NCBI GenBank assembly: GCA_902586125.1 | Contig: CACIGI010000006.1 | Location: 4,468 to 68,467 of the forward strand | Reading direction: 5' to 3' | Origin: an uncultured Pelagibacteraceae bacterium | Lineage (GTDB): Bacteria > Pseudomonadota > Alphaproteobacteria > Pelagibacterales > Pelagibacteraceae | Length of the DNA: 64,000 nucleotides | Part shown: one piece after another, positions 1-8,962 of the stretch | Position numbering within the stretch: the stretch's first letter is position 1 | Layout: every line of letters starts with the position of its first letter | Notes under the pieces: generated by a model | What the model was told of the DNA's origin: nothing | Database searches by the model: none | What the model saw: only the letters and a program-made list of their open reading frames with translations | Translations under genes and position numbers: made by a program

Positions 1-232
1 TTTCTAAACCAGAGTCATCAGCTAAGCAGATTAGATTTGTTTTTTTTGAAAAGTATTGAGATTTAATCAGAGAATTTTCTTTAAAAGTCTTTCCTGTTTC
101 TCTTGGACTCTTTAAATTAAACTTTGAGGTAGAAAATGTTTTAATATTAGCTGGTAATAAATCTCTAATTTCCTTTAATTTTCCTTTGTTATTTGTACCT
201 ATAAGGAGTTGCTTAATTTTTTTTTTTGGCAT
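1..232 (-). CDS. rdgB: RdgB/HAM1 non-canonical purine NTP pyrophosphatase (5' part; runs off window)
   Basis: Manual translation from ATG at 232: MPKKKIKQLLIGTNNKGKLKEI...ETGKTFKENSLIKS...LADDSGLE; TxNxGK, ETGxTFxEN and ADDSGL are HAM1 motifs. Confidence 0.92.
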   Translation of the reverse strand, partial: MPKKKIKQLLIGTNNKGKLKEIRDLLPANIKTFSTSKFNLKSPRETGKTFKENSLIKSQYFSKKTNLICLADDSGLE

Positions 233-262
233 CTGGAAATTTAATTTTTTCTTACCATATAT
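233..262 (+). promoter_or_regulatory. Putative sigma-32 (RpoH) promoter of grpE
   Basis: CTGGAA (233-238) and CCATATAT (255-262) resemble the alphaproteobacterial CTTG-N17/18-CCTATAT consensus, just upstream of a heat-shock gene. Confidence 0.5.
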
Positions 263-268
263 GTCCAT

Positions 269-919
269 ATGGAAAAAGATCAAAACCAAGATAATACAGA
301 CAAAGCATCAGAGAAAGATCAAAAAAGTTTAAATCAAGATCAAAAAACTGAAAATTTAGAAACAAATAATTTAGAACAAGACCAAGAGCAGGATCAAGAA
401 CAAGAAAAAACCCCGAAGGAGAAAATTTTAGAGTTAGAAGATAAGCTTGCAAGATCATTTGCTGAAATGGAAAACCAAAGAAGAAGGTTTGAAAAAGAAA
501 AAGAAGATGCTTTTGAATATGGAGGGTTTTCCTTTGCAAGAGAAGCTTTAAATTTAATAGATAATCTTGAAAGATCAAAACAAATTTTATTAAACGATGA
601 AACTTTAAAGGATACTGAGGCATTAAAAAAAACACTCGAACATTTTGACATTATCAATAAAGATTTAATTTCAATTTTTTCAAAAAATAAAATCAAGCCT
701 ATTGAATGTCTCAATATAAAATTAGATCCAAACTTTCACCAAGCAATGATTGAAATAGAAGATGATCAAAAAGAACCCGGAACAATTGTTCAAGAAATAC
801 AAAAAGGATTCACAATTAAAGATAGATTGTTGAGACCGGCTTTAGTGGGTGTAGCAAAAAAAAGTGAAAAAAAAGAGGAAAAAAATGAGGAAAATAAAGA
901 AAATTCAGAAGATAAATAA
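269..919 (+). CDS. grpE: Nucleotide exchange factor GrpE
   Basis: AEMENQRRR, DPNFHQAM and GFTIKDRLLRPALVGV motifs; upstream of dnaK. Confidence 0.97.
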   Translation: MEKDQNQDNTDKASEKDQKSLNQDQKTENLETNNLEQDQEQDQEQEKTPKEKILELEDKLARSFAEMENQRRRFEKEKEDAFEYGGFSFAREALNLIDNLERSKQILLNDETLKDTEALKKTLEHFDIINKDLISIFSKNKIKPIECLNIKLDPNFHQAMIEIEDDQKEPGTIVQEIQKGFTIKDRLLRPALVGVAKKSEKKEEKNEENKENSEDK

Positions 920-931
920 TATTCAAATGAA

Positions 932-959
932 CTTGTAGAATTCAATTTCAACCCTATAT
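932..959 (+). promoter_or_regulatory. Putative sigma-32 promoter of dnaK-dnaJ
   Basis: CTTG (932-935), 17-nt spacer, CCTATAT (953-959): exact match to the alphaproteobacterial RpoH consensus. Confidence 0.75.
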
Positions 960-979
960 GAGGAGAACAAATAATTAAT

Positions 980-2905
980 ATGAGCAAAATAATTGGAATA
1001 GATTTAGGAACAACAAACTCTTGTGTGGCTATTATGGAAGGAAGCCAAGCAAAAGTTTTGGAAAATGCAGAGGGTGCAAGAACTACGCCTTCAGTAGTTG
1101 CTTTTACTGAAGAAAAAGAAAAATTAATAGGGCAACCTGCTAAAAGACAAGCAGTAACAAATCCAGAGAATACAATTTTTGCAGTTAAAAGGTTAATTGG
1201 TAGAAATTTTGAAGACCCGACTGTTAAAAAAGATATCGAGGCTGCACCTTTTAAAATTGTAAATTCTGAAAAAGGTGACGCATGGATTGAAGCTAAGGGA
1301 GAAAAATACTCACCTTCACAAATTTCTGCTTTTATTCTCCAAAAAATGAAAGAGACTGCTGAAAAATATTTAGGTCAAGCTGTTACAAAAGCTGTAATAA
1401 CAGTCCCTGCATATTTTAATGATGCACAAAGACAAGCTACTAAGGATGCTGGAAAAATAGCTGGATTAGAAGTTTTAAGAATTATCAATGAACCAACTGC
1501 AGCTTCACTAGCCTATGGTTTGGATAAGAAACAAAATAAAAAAATTGCAGTTTACGATTTAGGTGGTGGAACTTTTGATGTGTCTATTCTTGAATTAGGT
1601 GATGGAGTTTTTGAAGTAAAATCTACCAATGGTGATACTTTTTTAGGTGGAGAAGATTTTGACAACGCTGTTGTGGAATATTTAATTTCAGAGTTCAAAA
1701 AAGATAGTGGTATTGATTTAAAAACTGATAAGTTAGCATTACAAAGATTAAAAGAGGCAGCTGAAAAAGCAAAAATTGAACTTTCAGCAGCAGAGCAAAC
1801 AGATATTAATTTACCATTTATAACTGCTGATAAAACTGGTCCTAAACATATTAATTTAAAAATGACTAGAGCTAAGTTGGAGGCTTTAGTTGAAGATTTA
1901 ATCGCTAAAACTATTCCGCCATGTAAAACTGCTTTAAAAGACGCTGGAATTTCAGCTAGCGACGTTGATGAAGTGGTAATGGTTGGAGGTATGACCAGAA
2001 TGCCAAAAGTTATTTCTGAGGTAAAAAATTTCTTTGGCAAAGAACCAAACAAAAGTGTTAATCCTGATGAAGTTGTTGCAATGGGTGCTGCAATACAAGC
2101 TGGTGTTTTACAAGGTGATGTAAAAGATGTTCTTCTATTAGATGTAACACCATTATCTTTAGGAATTGAGACTCTAGGTGGCGTTTCTACGAAACTTATT
2201 GAAAAAAATACAACAATACCTACGAAAAAAAGCCAGGTGTTTTCTACTGCAGAAGATAACCAGCCAGCAGTCTCAATACGTGTACTTCAGGGAGAAAGGG
2301 AAATGGCTACAGATAATAAATTACTTGGTAATTTTGAACTTATTGGTATAGCTCCGGCTCCAAGAGGAGTTCCTCAAATTGAAGTCACTTTTGATATTGA
2401 CGCTAATGGAATTGTAAATGTGTCTGCAAAAGACAAAGGCACTGGTAAAGAGCAAAAAATTCAAATTCAAGCCTCAGGTGGATTAAGTGATGAAGAAATT
2501 GAAAAAATGGTGAAAGATGCAGAAGCTAATAAAGAAGCAGACAAGAAAAAAAGAGAGACTGTTGATGTTAGAAATCAGGCAGATACTTTAATTCATTCAA
2601 CTGAAAAAAATCTAAAAGAGCATGGATCTAAAATTTCAGATGCTGAGAAAAAAGCAATTGAAGATGGATCAAATGCATTGAAAGAATCTCTTAAGAGTGA
2701 AGACATTGAGGATATTAAGAAGAAAACAGAGGCATTGGTACAAGCTTCGATGAAGCTGGGAGAAGCTATTTACAAGTCACAACAAAGCACAAAACCAGAT
2801 TCTGGTAAAGATGATGGAAAAGATGAAAAGGGAAAGAAAGACGATAATGTTGTTGATGCGGACTTTGAGGAAGTAAAAGACGAGAATAAAGAAAAAAGCG
2901 CTTAA
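980..2905 (+). CDS. dnaK: Chaperone DnaK (Hsp70)
   Basis: [20 protein letters not shown] and VVDADFEEV motifs. Confidence 0.99.
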   Translation: MSKIIGIDLGTTNSCVAIMEGSQAKVLENAEGARTTPSVVAFTEEKEKLIGQPAKRQAVTNPENTIFAVKRLIGRNFEDPTVKKDIEAAPFKIVNSEKGDAWIEAKGEKYSPSQISAFILQKMKETAEKYLGQAVTKAVITVPAYFNDAQRQATKDAGKIAGLEVLRIINEPTAASLAYGLDKKQNKKIAVYDLGGGTFDVSILELGDGVFEVKSTNGDTFLGGEDFDNAVVEYLISEFKKDSGIDLKTDKLALQRLKEAAEKAKIELSAAEQTDINLPFITADKTGPKHINLKMTRAKLEALVEDLIAKTIPPCKTALKDAGISASDVDEVVMVGGMTRMPKVISEVKNFFGKEPNKSVNPDEVVAMGAAIQAGVLQGDVKDVLLLDVTPLSLGIETLGGVSTKLIEKNTTIPTKKSQVFSTAEDNQPAVSIRVLQGEREMATDNKLLGNFELIGIAPAPRGVPQIEVTFDIDANGIVNVSAKDKGTGKEQKIQIQASGGLSDEEIEKMVKDAEANKEADKKKRETVDVRNQADTLIHSTEKNLKEHGSKISDAEKKAIEDGSNALKESLKSEDIEDIKKKTEALVQASMKLGEAIYKSQQSTKPDSGKDDGKDEKGKKDDNVVDADFEEVKDENKEKSA

Positions 2906-2933
2906 CTGACATCTATTTGTCCAGGTTATATAC

Positions 2934-4070
2934 ATGGCTAAAAGAGATTATTATGATGTCTTAGGAGTAAGTAAAAGCGCAAGCCCTGATGAACTAAAAT
3001 CAGCTTATAGAAAGTTAGCCGTTAAATATCACCCTGACAAAAATCCTGGGGATAAATCTGCAGAGGATAAATTTAAAGAGGCCAGTGAAGCTTATGGTGT
3101 GCTCTCTGATAAATCAAAAAAAGAAAACTACGATAACTTTGGACATGCTGCATTTGAAAATGGCAGCGGTGGTAGAAGTGGTTTTGGTGGTTTTGGAGGT
3201 TTTAGTGGTGCAGATTTCTCTGATATTTTCGAAGATTTTTTTGGAGACTTTGGTGGTGGAGGTAGAAGAAATTCAAGAAGGAGCTCAAATAACAGAGGTT
3301 CAGATCTGAGATATGATTTGTCAATTACATTAGAGGAGGCATACACTGGAAAAAAACAGAACATTCAATTCTCCACGTCTGAAAAATGTAATACTTGTAA
3401 AGGAAATGGTTCTAAACCAGGCTCAAGTCCAGATAGATGTACCTATTGTGGAGGAAATGGAAGAGTTAGATCTAATCAAGGTTTTTTTACCGTTCAACAA
3501 ACTTGTCCTCAGTGTGCAGGAAGTGGTGAAGAAATTACCAATCCATGTGGAGATTGTAATGGACAAGGTAATAAACAAACAAACAAAAAAGTATCTGTAA
3601 CAATTCCTAAAGGTGTCGATGATGGAACAAGAATAAGACTTGCTGGCAAAGGTGAAGCTGGAACAAGAGGGGGTACTAGCGGAGATTTATATTTGTTTAT
3701 AAATGTTAAATCGCATGAGTTATTTAAGAGATCTGATGTAAATTTATTTTTTGAGTTCCCAATTTCAATTGCAGATGCTGCTCTTGGAACAACAATAGAG
3801 ATACCTACAATTGATGGAAAAAAGGCAAAGATTAAAATACCAGATGGAACTCAAGACGGTAAGCAATTTAGATTAAAAGGTAAAGGTATGCCATTCATGC
3901 GAAGAGGTGATTTTGGAGACTTATATGTTCAAGTTAAAACTGAAGTACCAATATTTTTAAATAGAGAGCAAAAAGATTTATTAGAACGATTTAGAAAAAT
4001 TGAGAATGAAAAATCAAATCCAAGTATTAAGAAATTCTTCCAAAAAGCTAAAAGTTTTTGGAATAGTTAG
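2934..4070 (+). CDS. dnaJ: Co-chaperone DnaJ
   Basis: J-domain HPD, G/F-rich region, four CxxCxGxG repeats. Confidence 0.99.
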   Translation: MAKRDYYDVLGVSKSASPDELKSAYRKLAVKYHPDKNPGDKSAEDKFKEASEAYGVLSDKSKKENYDNFGHAAFENGSGGRSGFGGFGGFSGADFSDIFEDFFGDFGGGGRRNSRRSSNNRGSDLRYDLSITLEEAYTGKKQNIQFSTSEKCNTCKGNGSKPGSSPDRCTYCGGNGRVRSNQGFFTVQQTCPQCAGSGEEITNPCGDCNGQGNKQTNKKVSVTIPKGVDDGTRIRLAGKGEAGTRGGTSGDLYLFINVKSHELFKRSDVNLFFEFPISIADAALGTTIEIPTIDGKKAKIKIPDGTQDGKQFRLKGKGMPFMRRGDFGDLYVQVKTEVPIFLNREQKDLLERFRKIENEKSNPSIKKFFQKAKSFWNS

Positions 4071-4073
4071 GAA

Positions 4074-4244
4074 ATGGGATTAGAAGAGATCGTTCCAGCT
4101 ATTTTTTTGATAGCAGTTTTAATTCTAGTGCTACCTGAATTTTTAAGATCTAACTCGAAATCAAAAAGATTTATCAAAAATTTATTTATTTGGTCTATAA
4201 TTGTTGCTATCATTGTGATACTTTCTATCTTTATCTTTAAATGA
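4074..4244 (+). CDS. Small two-TM membrane protein, 56 aa (not in ORF track)
   Basis: MGLEEIVPAIFLIAVLILVLPEFLRSNSKSKRFIKNLFIWSIIVAIIVILSIFIFK; fills the dnaJ-dapB gap exactly, with an ATGA overlap with the dapB start. Confidence 0.75.
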   Translation: MGLEEIVPAIFLIAVLILVLPEFLRSNSKSKRFIKNLFIWSIIVAIIVILSIFIFK

Positions 4245-5017
4245 AAAAAATTAGATTATTAGTGACCGGTTGCATGGGTCGTATGGGGCAACAAATAATT
4301 AAATCTGTAAAAAAAGATAAAAATTTTAAACTTACTGCTCTTACAGAAAATAGAAAAATTAATAAAAAAATTAATGGAGTTAAAGTTGAACTAAATAATG
4401 AAAAATTATTTAAAAATGTCGATCTAATTATTGATTTTACAATACCAAAATGTACTTTTCAGGTTTTAAAAATTGCTACAAAATTAAAAAAAAGAGTTGT
4501 AATCGGCACAACTGGTTTTACAAAAAAAGAGGAAAATTTAATAAAAAATTTTTCAAAAAAAATACCTATTTTAAAAGCAGGAAATATGAGCTTAGGTATA
4601 AATCTTTTGATGTATTTAACTGAAATTACTTCAAGTTCATTAGGGAAAAATTTTTTAAGTAAAATTTTTGAAATCCATCACAAGCATAAAAAAGATTATC
4701 CATCAGGAACTGCATTAATGTTGGGTAAAGGAATAGCCGTAGGAAAAAATAAAAATTTTTATAGTTTATTAGGAAAAAAATATTTAAATAAAAAAACTTT
4801 TCCATATAGTAAAAAGATAAATTTTAATTCTGTGAGAAAAGGTGAGATTATTGGTGAACACGAAGTTAAATTTTCAAGTGGTAAAGAAATAATCACTTTA
4901 AATCATGAAGCCTTTGATAGAGCTCTTTATTCTGAGGGAGCCTTAACAGCAGCAAAATGGCTTACAAATAAAAAACCAGGTCTTTATTCAATGAGAAATT
5001 TGATGAATTTCAAGTAA
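4241..5017 (+). CDS. dapB: 4-hydroxy-tetrahydrodipicolinate reductase
   Basis: GCMGRMG, IDFT, VIGTTG and EIHHKHKKDYPSGTAL motifs. Confidence 0.97.
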   Translation: MKKIRLLVTGCMGRMGQQIIKSVKKDKNFKLTALTENRKINKKINGVKVELNNEKLFKNVDLIIDFTIPKCTFQVLKIATKLKKRVVIGTTGFTKKEENLIKNFSKKIPILKAGNMSLGINLLMYLTEITSSSLGKNFLSKIFEIHHKHKKDYPSGTALMLGKGIAVGKNKNFYSLLGKKYLNKKTFPYSKKINFNSVRKGEIIGEHEVKFSSGKEIITLNHEAFDRALYSEGALTAAKWLTNKKPGLYSMRNLMNFK

Positions 5018-5670
5018 TGAATGAAATTCAAAGAGCAAAGGCAGTTTTAAAAATTTTAAACAAAACATATCCAAAAATTTATGTTCCTCTTAAAAGTAGA
5101 AATGTATTTACACTTTTAATTTCTGTTCTTCTTTCAGCACAATGTACAGACGTAAATGTAAATAATGTAACTAAAAATATTTATCCAAAATTTTATAAAC
5201 CTAGACATTTTGTTAAATTAGGAAGAAAAAAAATTGAAAGATTAATTAAAAAAATTGGTATTTTCAGAATCAAAGCAAAAAGCATTTTCAATCTATCAAA
5301 AATACTAATCGAAAAATATAATGGCAAAGTGCCAAAAACTTTTGAGGAATTAGAAAAACTTCCTGGTGTTGGTCATAAGACTGCTGGAGTTGTAATGTCT
5401 CAAGGCTTCGGATATCCCGCATTTCCAATTGATACCCATATACATAGATTGGCTCAAAGATGGGGTTTAACAAATGGAAAAAATGTTGTTCAAACTGAAA
5501 AAGATTTAAAAAGACTTTTTCCTAAAAAAAATTGGAACAAACTTCACCTTCAAATCATATATTATGGAAGAGAATATTGTAAAGCAAGAGAGTGTTATGG
5601 TGTGACTTGTAAAATTTGTACCACTTGTTATCCTAATAGAAAAAAACCTATTAAAACTAAAAAAGCTTGA
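5017..5670 (+). CDS. nth: Endonuclease III (HhH-GPD DNA glycosylase)
   Basis: LLSAQCTD, LPGVGHKTA and IDTHIHR motifs; C-terminal Cys cluster. Confidence 0.95.
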   Translation: MNEIQRAKAVLKILNKTYPKIYVPLKSRNVFTLLISVLLSAQCTDVNVNNVTKNIYPKFYKPRHFVKLGRKKIERLIKKIGIFRIKAKSIFNLSKILIEKYNGKVPKTFEELEKLPGVGHKTAGVVMSQGFGYPAFPIDTHIHRLAQRWGLTNGKNVVQTEKDLKRLFPKKNWNKLHLQIIYYGREYCKARECYGVTCKICTTCYPNRKKPIKTKKA

Positions 5671-5671
5671 T

Positions 5672-6601
5672 ATGAAAATTCTTGGTATCGGAAATGCGAT
5701 TATCGATGTCATTTGTAAAGTAGAAGAGAGTTTTATTACGAAAAATAATCTTACAAAAGGAACAATGAAGTTAATCTTTGATGAAAATGAATTTAAAGAT
5801 ATTTTAACAAATCTTAAAATTGAAAAAACTGTTTCTGGAGGTTCGGTTGCTAATTCAATCGTTGGCTTATCTCAACTTAAAAATGAAGTTGGATTTATAG
5901 GAAAAATATCTGATGATGATTTTGGGGCCAAATATGAGGAAGGGTTAAAAAAAGAGAATGTTAAGTATTTCTATTCAAAAAAAAAAGAGAGACTTCCTAC
6001 GGGGTCTTGTCTTATTTTAGTAACACCAGACTCTGAAAGGACAATGTGTACTTTTTTAGGTGTAGCAGGAAAAATTGGTGAAATTGATGTAAATGAAGAA
6101 CTAATTAAAAAAAGTGATTTAATTTTTCTAGAAGGCTATTTATGGGATGAGGGTGAACCCAAAAAGGCATTTGAGAAAGCGATTAAGTATTCTAACAAAA
6201 CTGCAATGTCACTATCAGATTTGTTTTGTGTAGAAAGACATAAAAAAAATTTTTTAATATTAGTTAAAGAAAAATTAGATCTTACTTTTGCAAATGAGAG
6301 TGAAATTATGTCACTAATTGATACAAAAAATTTTAATGACGTTGTCTCTTTTGCTAAAGAAGTTAAAAAACATATTATAATTACTCGTGGAGAAAAAGGG
6401 GCGATCTCAATAATTGGAGATAAGATAATTGAGACTAAAGCTAAAAAAAATCTCACAATCAAAGATTTAACTGGTGCAGGAGATCTTTTTGCGGCCGGTT
6501 ACTTACATAGTTTTATTAACAATCTATCTAACGAAAAATGCTTGGAAAAGGGAATAGAATTAGCATCAAAAGTAATTCAACAAATTGGGGCTAGGCTTTA
6601 A
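5672..6601 (+). CDS. PfkB-family kinase (adenosine kinase-like)
   Basis: GIGNAIID, GGSVAN, ERTMCTFLG and DLTGAGDLFAAG motifs. Confidence 0.9.
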   Translation: MKILGIGNAIIDVICKVEESFITKNNLTKGTMKLIFDENEFKDILTNLKIEKTVSGGSVANSIVGLSQLKNEVGFIGKISDDDFGAKYEEGLKKENVKYFYSKKKERLPTGSCLILVTPDSERTMCTFLGVAGKIGEIDVNEELIKKSDLIFLEGYLWDEGEPKKAFEKAIKYSNKTAMSLSDLFCVERHKKNFLILVKEKLDLTFANESEIMSLIDTKNFNDVVSFAKEVKKHIIITRGEKGAISIIGDKIIETKAKKNLTIKDLTGAGDLFAAGYLHSFINNLSNEKCLEKGIELASKVIQQIGARL

Positions 6602-6717
6602 CTTTTTTTTCTCTTAAAACTTCCTTTACCTTTTTTTGGCTTTATTACCCGAGGCTTATATTTTCTTGAAAAAAGCTCTCTTGCGAATCTATTTTTTTTT
6701 ATTAACTTCGTAGCCAT
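6598..6717 (-). CDS. arfA: Alternative ribosome-rescue factor ArfA-like protein, 39 aa (not in ORF track; alternative start 6720)
   Basis: MATKLIKKNRFARELFSRKYKPRVIKPKKGKGSFKRKKS; carries the ArfA KKGKGS[YF]xRK motif. Confidence 0.7.
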   Translation of the reverse strand: MATKLIKKNRFARELFSRKYKPRVIKPKKGKGSFKRKKS

Positions 6718-7255
6718 CATCCTTACTTAAAATAAAACTCTCATCTTTAAAAACTTTTGAAATTTTTTTTCTCAACCTGTAAATATGTGTTTCGACAGTA
6801 TGAGTTTCTAACTGAGATTGATATCCCCAAACATTGGATTGTAATTCTTTAATTTTAACAGGTTTCTTTGCTTTTAATAAATATATTATTGAACTAATTT
6901 CTTTTTCTGTAAGTTTGAGTTTATCTGAACTAGAAAACATTTCACGTGAATTTATATTGAACATGTAGTTTCCTATTGAAATCTCAGATTGTTGTTGAAA
7001 ATTTTTTTTTATAAATTCAATATTAATTTTTTCTAATATTTTAAAAATTGAAATAGGAAATTTATCAAAAATTATTTGATTATCTAATCCTGGTATTTCT
7101 TTTTTTGTTAATATTAGACAATTCGTATTGGAGTTCAAGTTCAACAATTCTTGTTTTGTAATTTTCTCAAAATTAAAATTTATATCTTTTTTAATTTCTT
7201 CGAAAATCTTATATAATTCATCAAGTTCATAAATAACAAGATTATGAGAATTCAT
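6689..7255 (-). CDS. OmpR-type winged-helix regulator (CenR-like) with degenerate receiver domain
   Basis: C-terminal LTEKE...VWGY...THTVETHIYRLRKKI; N-terminal region is short and lacks a clear phospho-Asp. Confidence 0.8.
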   Translation of the reverse strand: MNSHNLVIYELDELYKIFEEIKKDINFNFEKITKQELLNLNSNTNCLILTKKEIPGLDNQIIFDKFPISIFKILEKINIEFIKKNFQQQSEISIGNYMFNINSREMFSSSDKLKLTEKEISSIIYLLKAKKPVKIKELQSNVWGYQSQLETHTVETHIYRLRKKISKVFKDESFILSKDDGYEVNKKK

Positions 7256-7268
7256 ATATTAATATAAT

Positions 7269-7763
7269 ATGATAATTTATATTAAAAATAAACATTCACT
7301 TAAAATTGATGATTTTTATCTGAAGTGTTGCATTGGTAAAAATGGTTTAAGTAAAAATAAAAAGGAGGGTGATAAGAAAACACCAATTGGTCGTTATTCT
7401 ATAGAAAAATTATATTATAGATCAGATAGAATTAAAAAACCTTTAACCAGGTTAAAATGCATCAAAATTCAAAAAGAAATGGGTTGGTGTAACGATCCAT
7501 TAAATAAAAAAAATTATAATAAATTAATTTTTTTAAAAAAAAAAATTAAATGTGAAAAACTTTACCGGCGAGATCATAAGTATGACTTGATGATACCAAT
7601 AAAGTATAATTATTTAAGGCCAATAAAATTTAAGGGAAGTTGTATTTTCATACACTTAACAAATGATTATAAACCAACAGCAGGATGTATAGCCCTAAAA
7701 AAAAAAGATTTTTTAATAATGTTAAAATTGATAAATAAAAAAACAAAAATTCAGATAAACTAA
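7269..7763 (+). CDS. L,D-transpeptidase (YkuD) family protein
   Basis: KKEGDKKTPIG and GSCIFIH...PTAGCIAL catalytic His/Cys motif. Confidence 0.88.
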   Translation: MIIYIKNKHSLKIDDFYLKCCIGKNGLSKNKKEGDKKTPIGRYSIEKLYYRSDRIKKPLTRLKCIKIQKEMGWCNDPLNKKNYNKLIFLKKKIKCEKLYRRDHKYDLMIPIKYNYLRPIKFKGSCIFIHLTNDYKPTAGCIALKKKDFLIMLKLINKKTKIQIN

Positions 7764-8419
7764 CTTCTTTGTCCAAAAATATTAGATCCTATTCTCAAAT
7801 ATGTGGCAGAATTTTTTATAGCATCTAAATAATCTGAGGACATCCCCATGCTTAATTCATTAAGATTTAAATTTTTATTTAAAATATTCATTTCTTTGAA
7901 ATAAATATCTGATGATTTTGTCAATGGTGGAATACACATTAGTCCAATTACATTTAAGTTGATCGTTTTACAATATGAATATAATTCATATACAGATGAT
8001 TTATTTACTCCAGATTTTTGTTCTTCATCGCCAATATTTACCTGGATAAATATCTTTATTTTTTTACCCTGTTTTGTCTCCTCATCTGCTATCTTTTTTG
8101 CGAGCTTTTTGCTATCAACCGAGTGAATATAATCAAATATTTTTACCGCATGTTTTACCTTATTGGTTTGTAATTTACCTATAAGATGCAATTTCAAATC
8201 TTTTTTTTTTAATTTAATGTCAGACCATTTCTCTAATGCTTCCTGAACCTTATTTTCCCCGTAATGCAAATGACCATATTCTATCAAGGGTAAAATTTTA
8301 TTAATCTCAAAAGTTTTGGATACTGCTAAAATTTTGGGATTAGTATTAATATTTAATTTTTCTAGATAAAATTTAATATTATTCTTAATATCTAATAAAT
8401 TTTTTATAGTACTATGCAT
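7760..8419 (-). CDS. yggS: PLP homeostasis protein YggS
   Basis: AVSKT, GENKVQE, HLIGKLQTNK, LSMGMSSD and RIGSNIFG motifs. Confidence 0.96.
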   Translation of the reverse strand: MHSTIKNLLDIKNNIKFYLEKLNINTNPKILAVSKTFEINKILPLIEYGHLHYGENKVQEALEKWSDIKLKKKDLKLHLIGKLQTNKVKHAVKIFDYIHSVDSKKLAKKIADEETKQGKKIKIFIQVNIGDEEQKSGVNKSSVYELYSYCKTINLNVIGLMCIPPLTKSSDIYFKEMNILNKNLNLNELSMGMSSDYLDAIKNSATYLRIGSNIFGQRS

Positions 8420-8428
8420 ATTAGCTTA

Positions 8429-8956
8429 ATGAAAAAATATTACTTTATTAGTAAATTGAATACAAACAATATTGATAAGCAGGACAAACAAACCGCTATT
8501 ATTTTTAGAAATTATAGTTCAAAAAAAATTAATGAAGACCTTATAATTAAGATAAAAAATTATTGTAAAAGAAAATCTCTTAAGTTTTATTTATCTAATA
8601 ATATTAAATTAGCTATAAAACTAAATTTAGATGGCGCTTACATACCGGCTTTTAACAAGTCATTTACACATAATTCATACAGTCTAAAAAAAAACTTCAA
8701 ATTAATTGGCTCTGCACATGATTTAGCTGAGATAAGAATTAAAGAAAAACAAAATGTTTCTTCAATTTTTATATCATCAATTTTCAAAAATAATAAAAGC
8801 AATAAATTTTTAGGTATTTATAAATTTTTTAACTTAATGAGTTTAACAAAAAAAAATGTAATATGTTTGGGGGGGATAAATAAAAATAATGTAAAAAAAA
8901 TTGATTTATTAAATATAGGCAGTTTTGGGTCTATCTCAATGTTAGAAAATTATTAA
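8429..8956 (+). CDS. Thiamine-phosphate synthase / TenI-like TIM-barrel protein
   Basis: LDGAY, GSAH and LGGINKNN motifs; start moved to the Met at 8429 to avoid overlap with yggS. Confidence 0.75.
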   Translation: MKKYYFISKLNTNNIDKQDKQTAIIFRNYSSKKINEDLIIKIKNYCKRKSLKFYLSNNIKLAIKLNLDGAYIPAFNKSFTHNSYSLKKNFKLIGSAHDLAEIRIKEKQNVSSIFISSIFKNNKSNKFLGIYKFFNLMSLTKKNVICLGGINKNNVKKIDLLNIGSFGSISMLENY

Positions 8957-8962
8957 ACAACC

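Noticed and set aside
372-406. EQDQEQDQEQE repeat in the GrpE N-terminus
   Set aside because: Degenerate at DNA level; GrpE N-termini are normally acidic and low-complexity
6938-6953. parS-like core TTCACGTGAA
   Set aside because: Five mismatches to the 16-bp consensus; at most a weak secondary site
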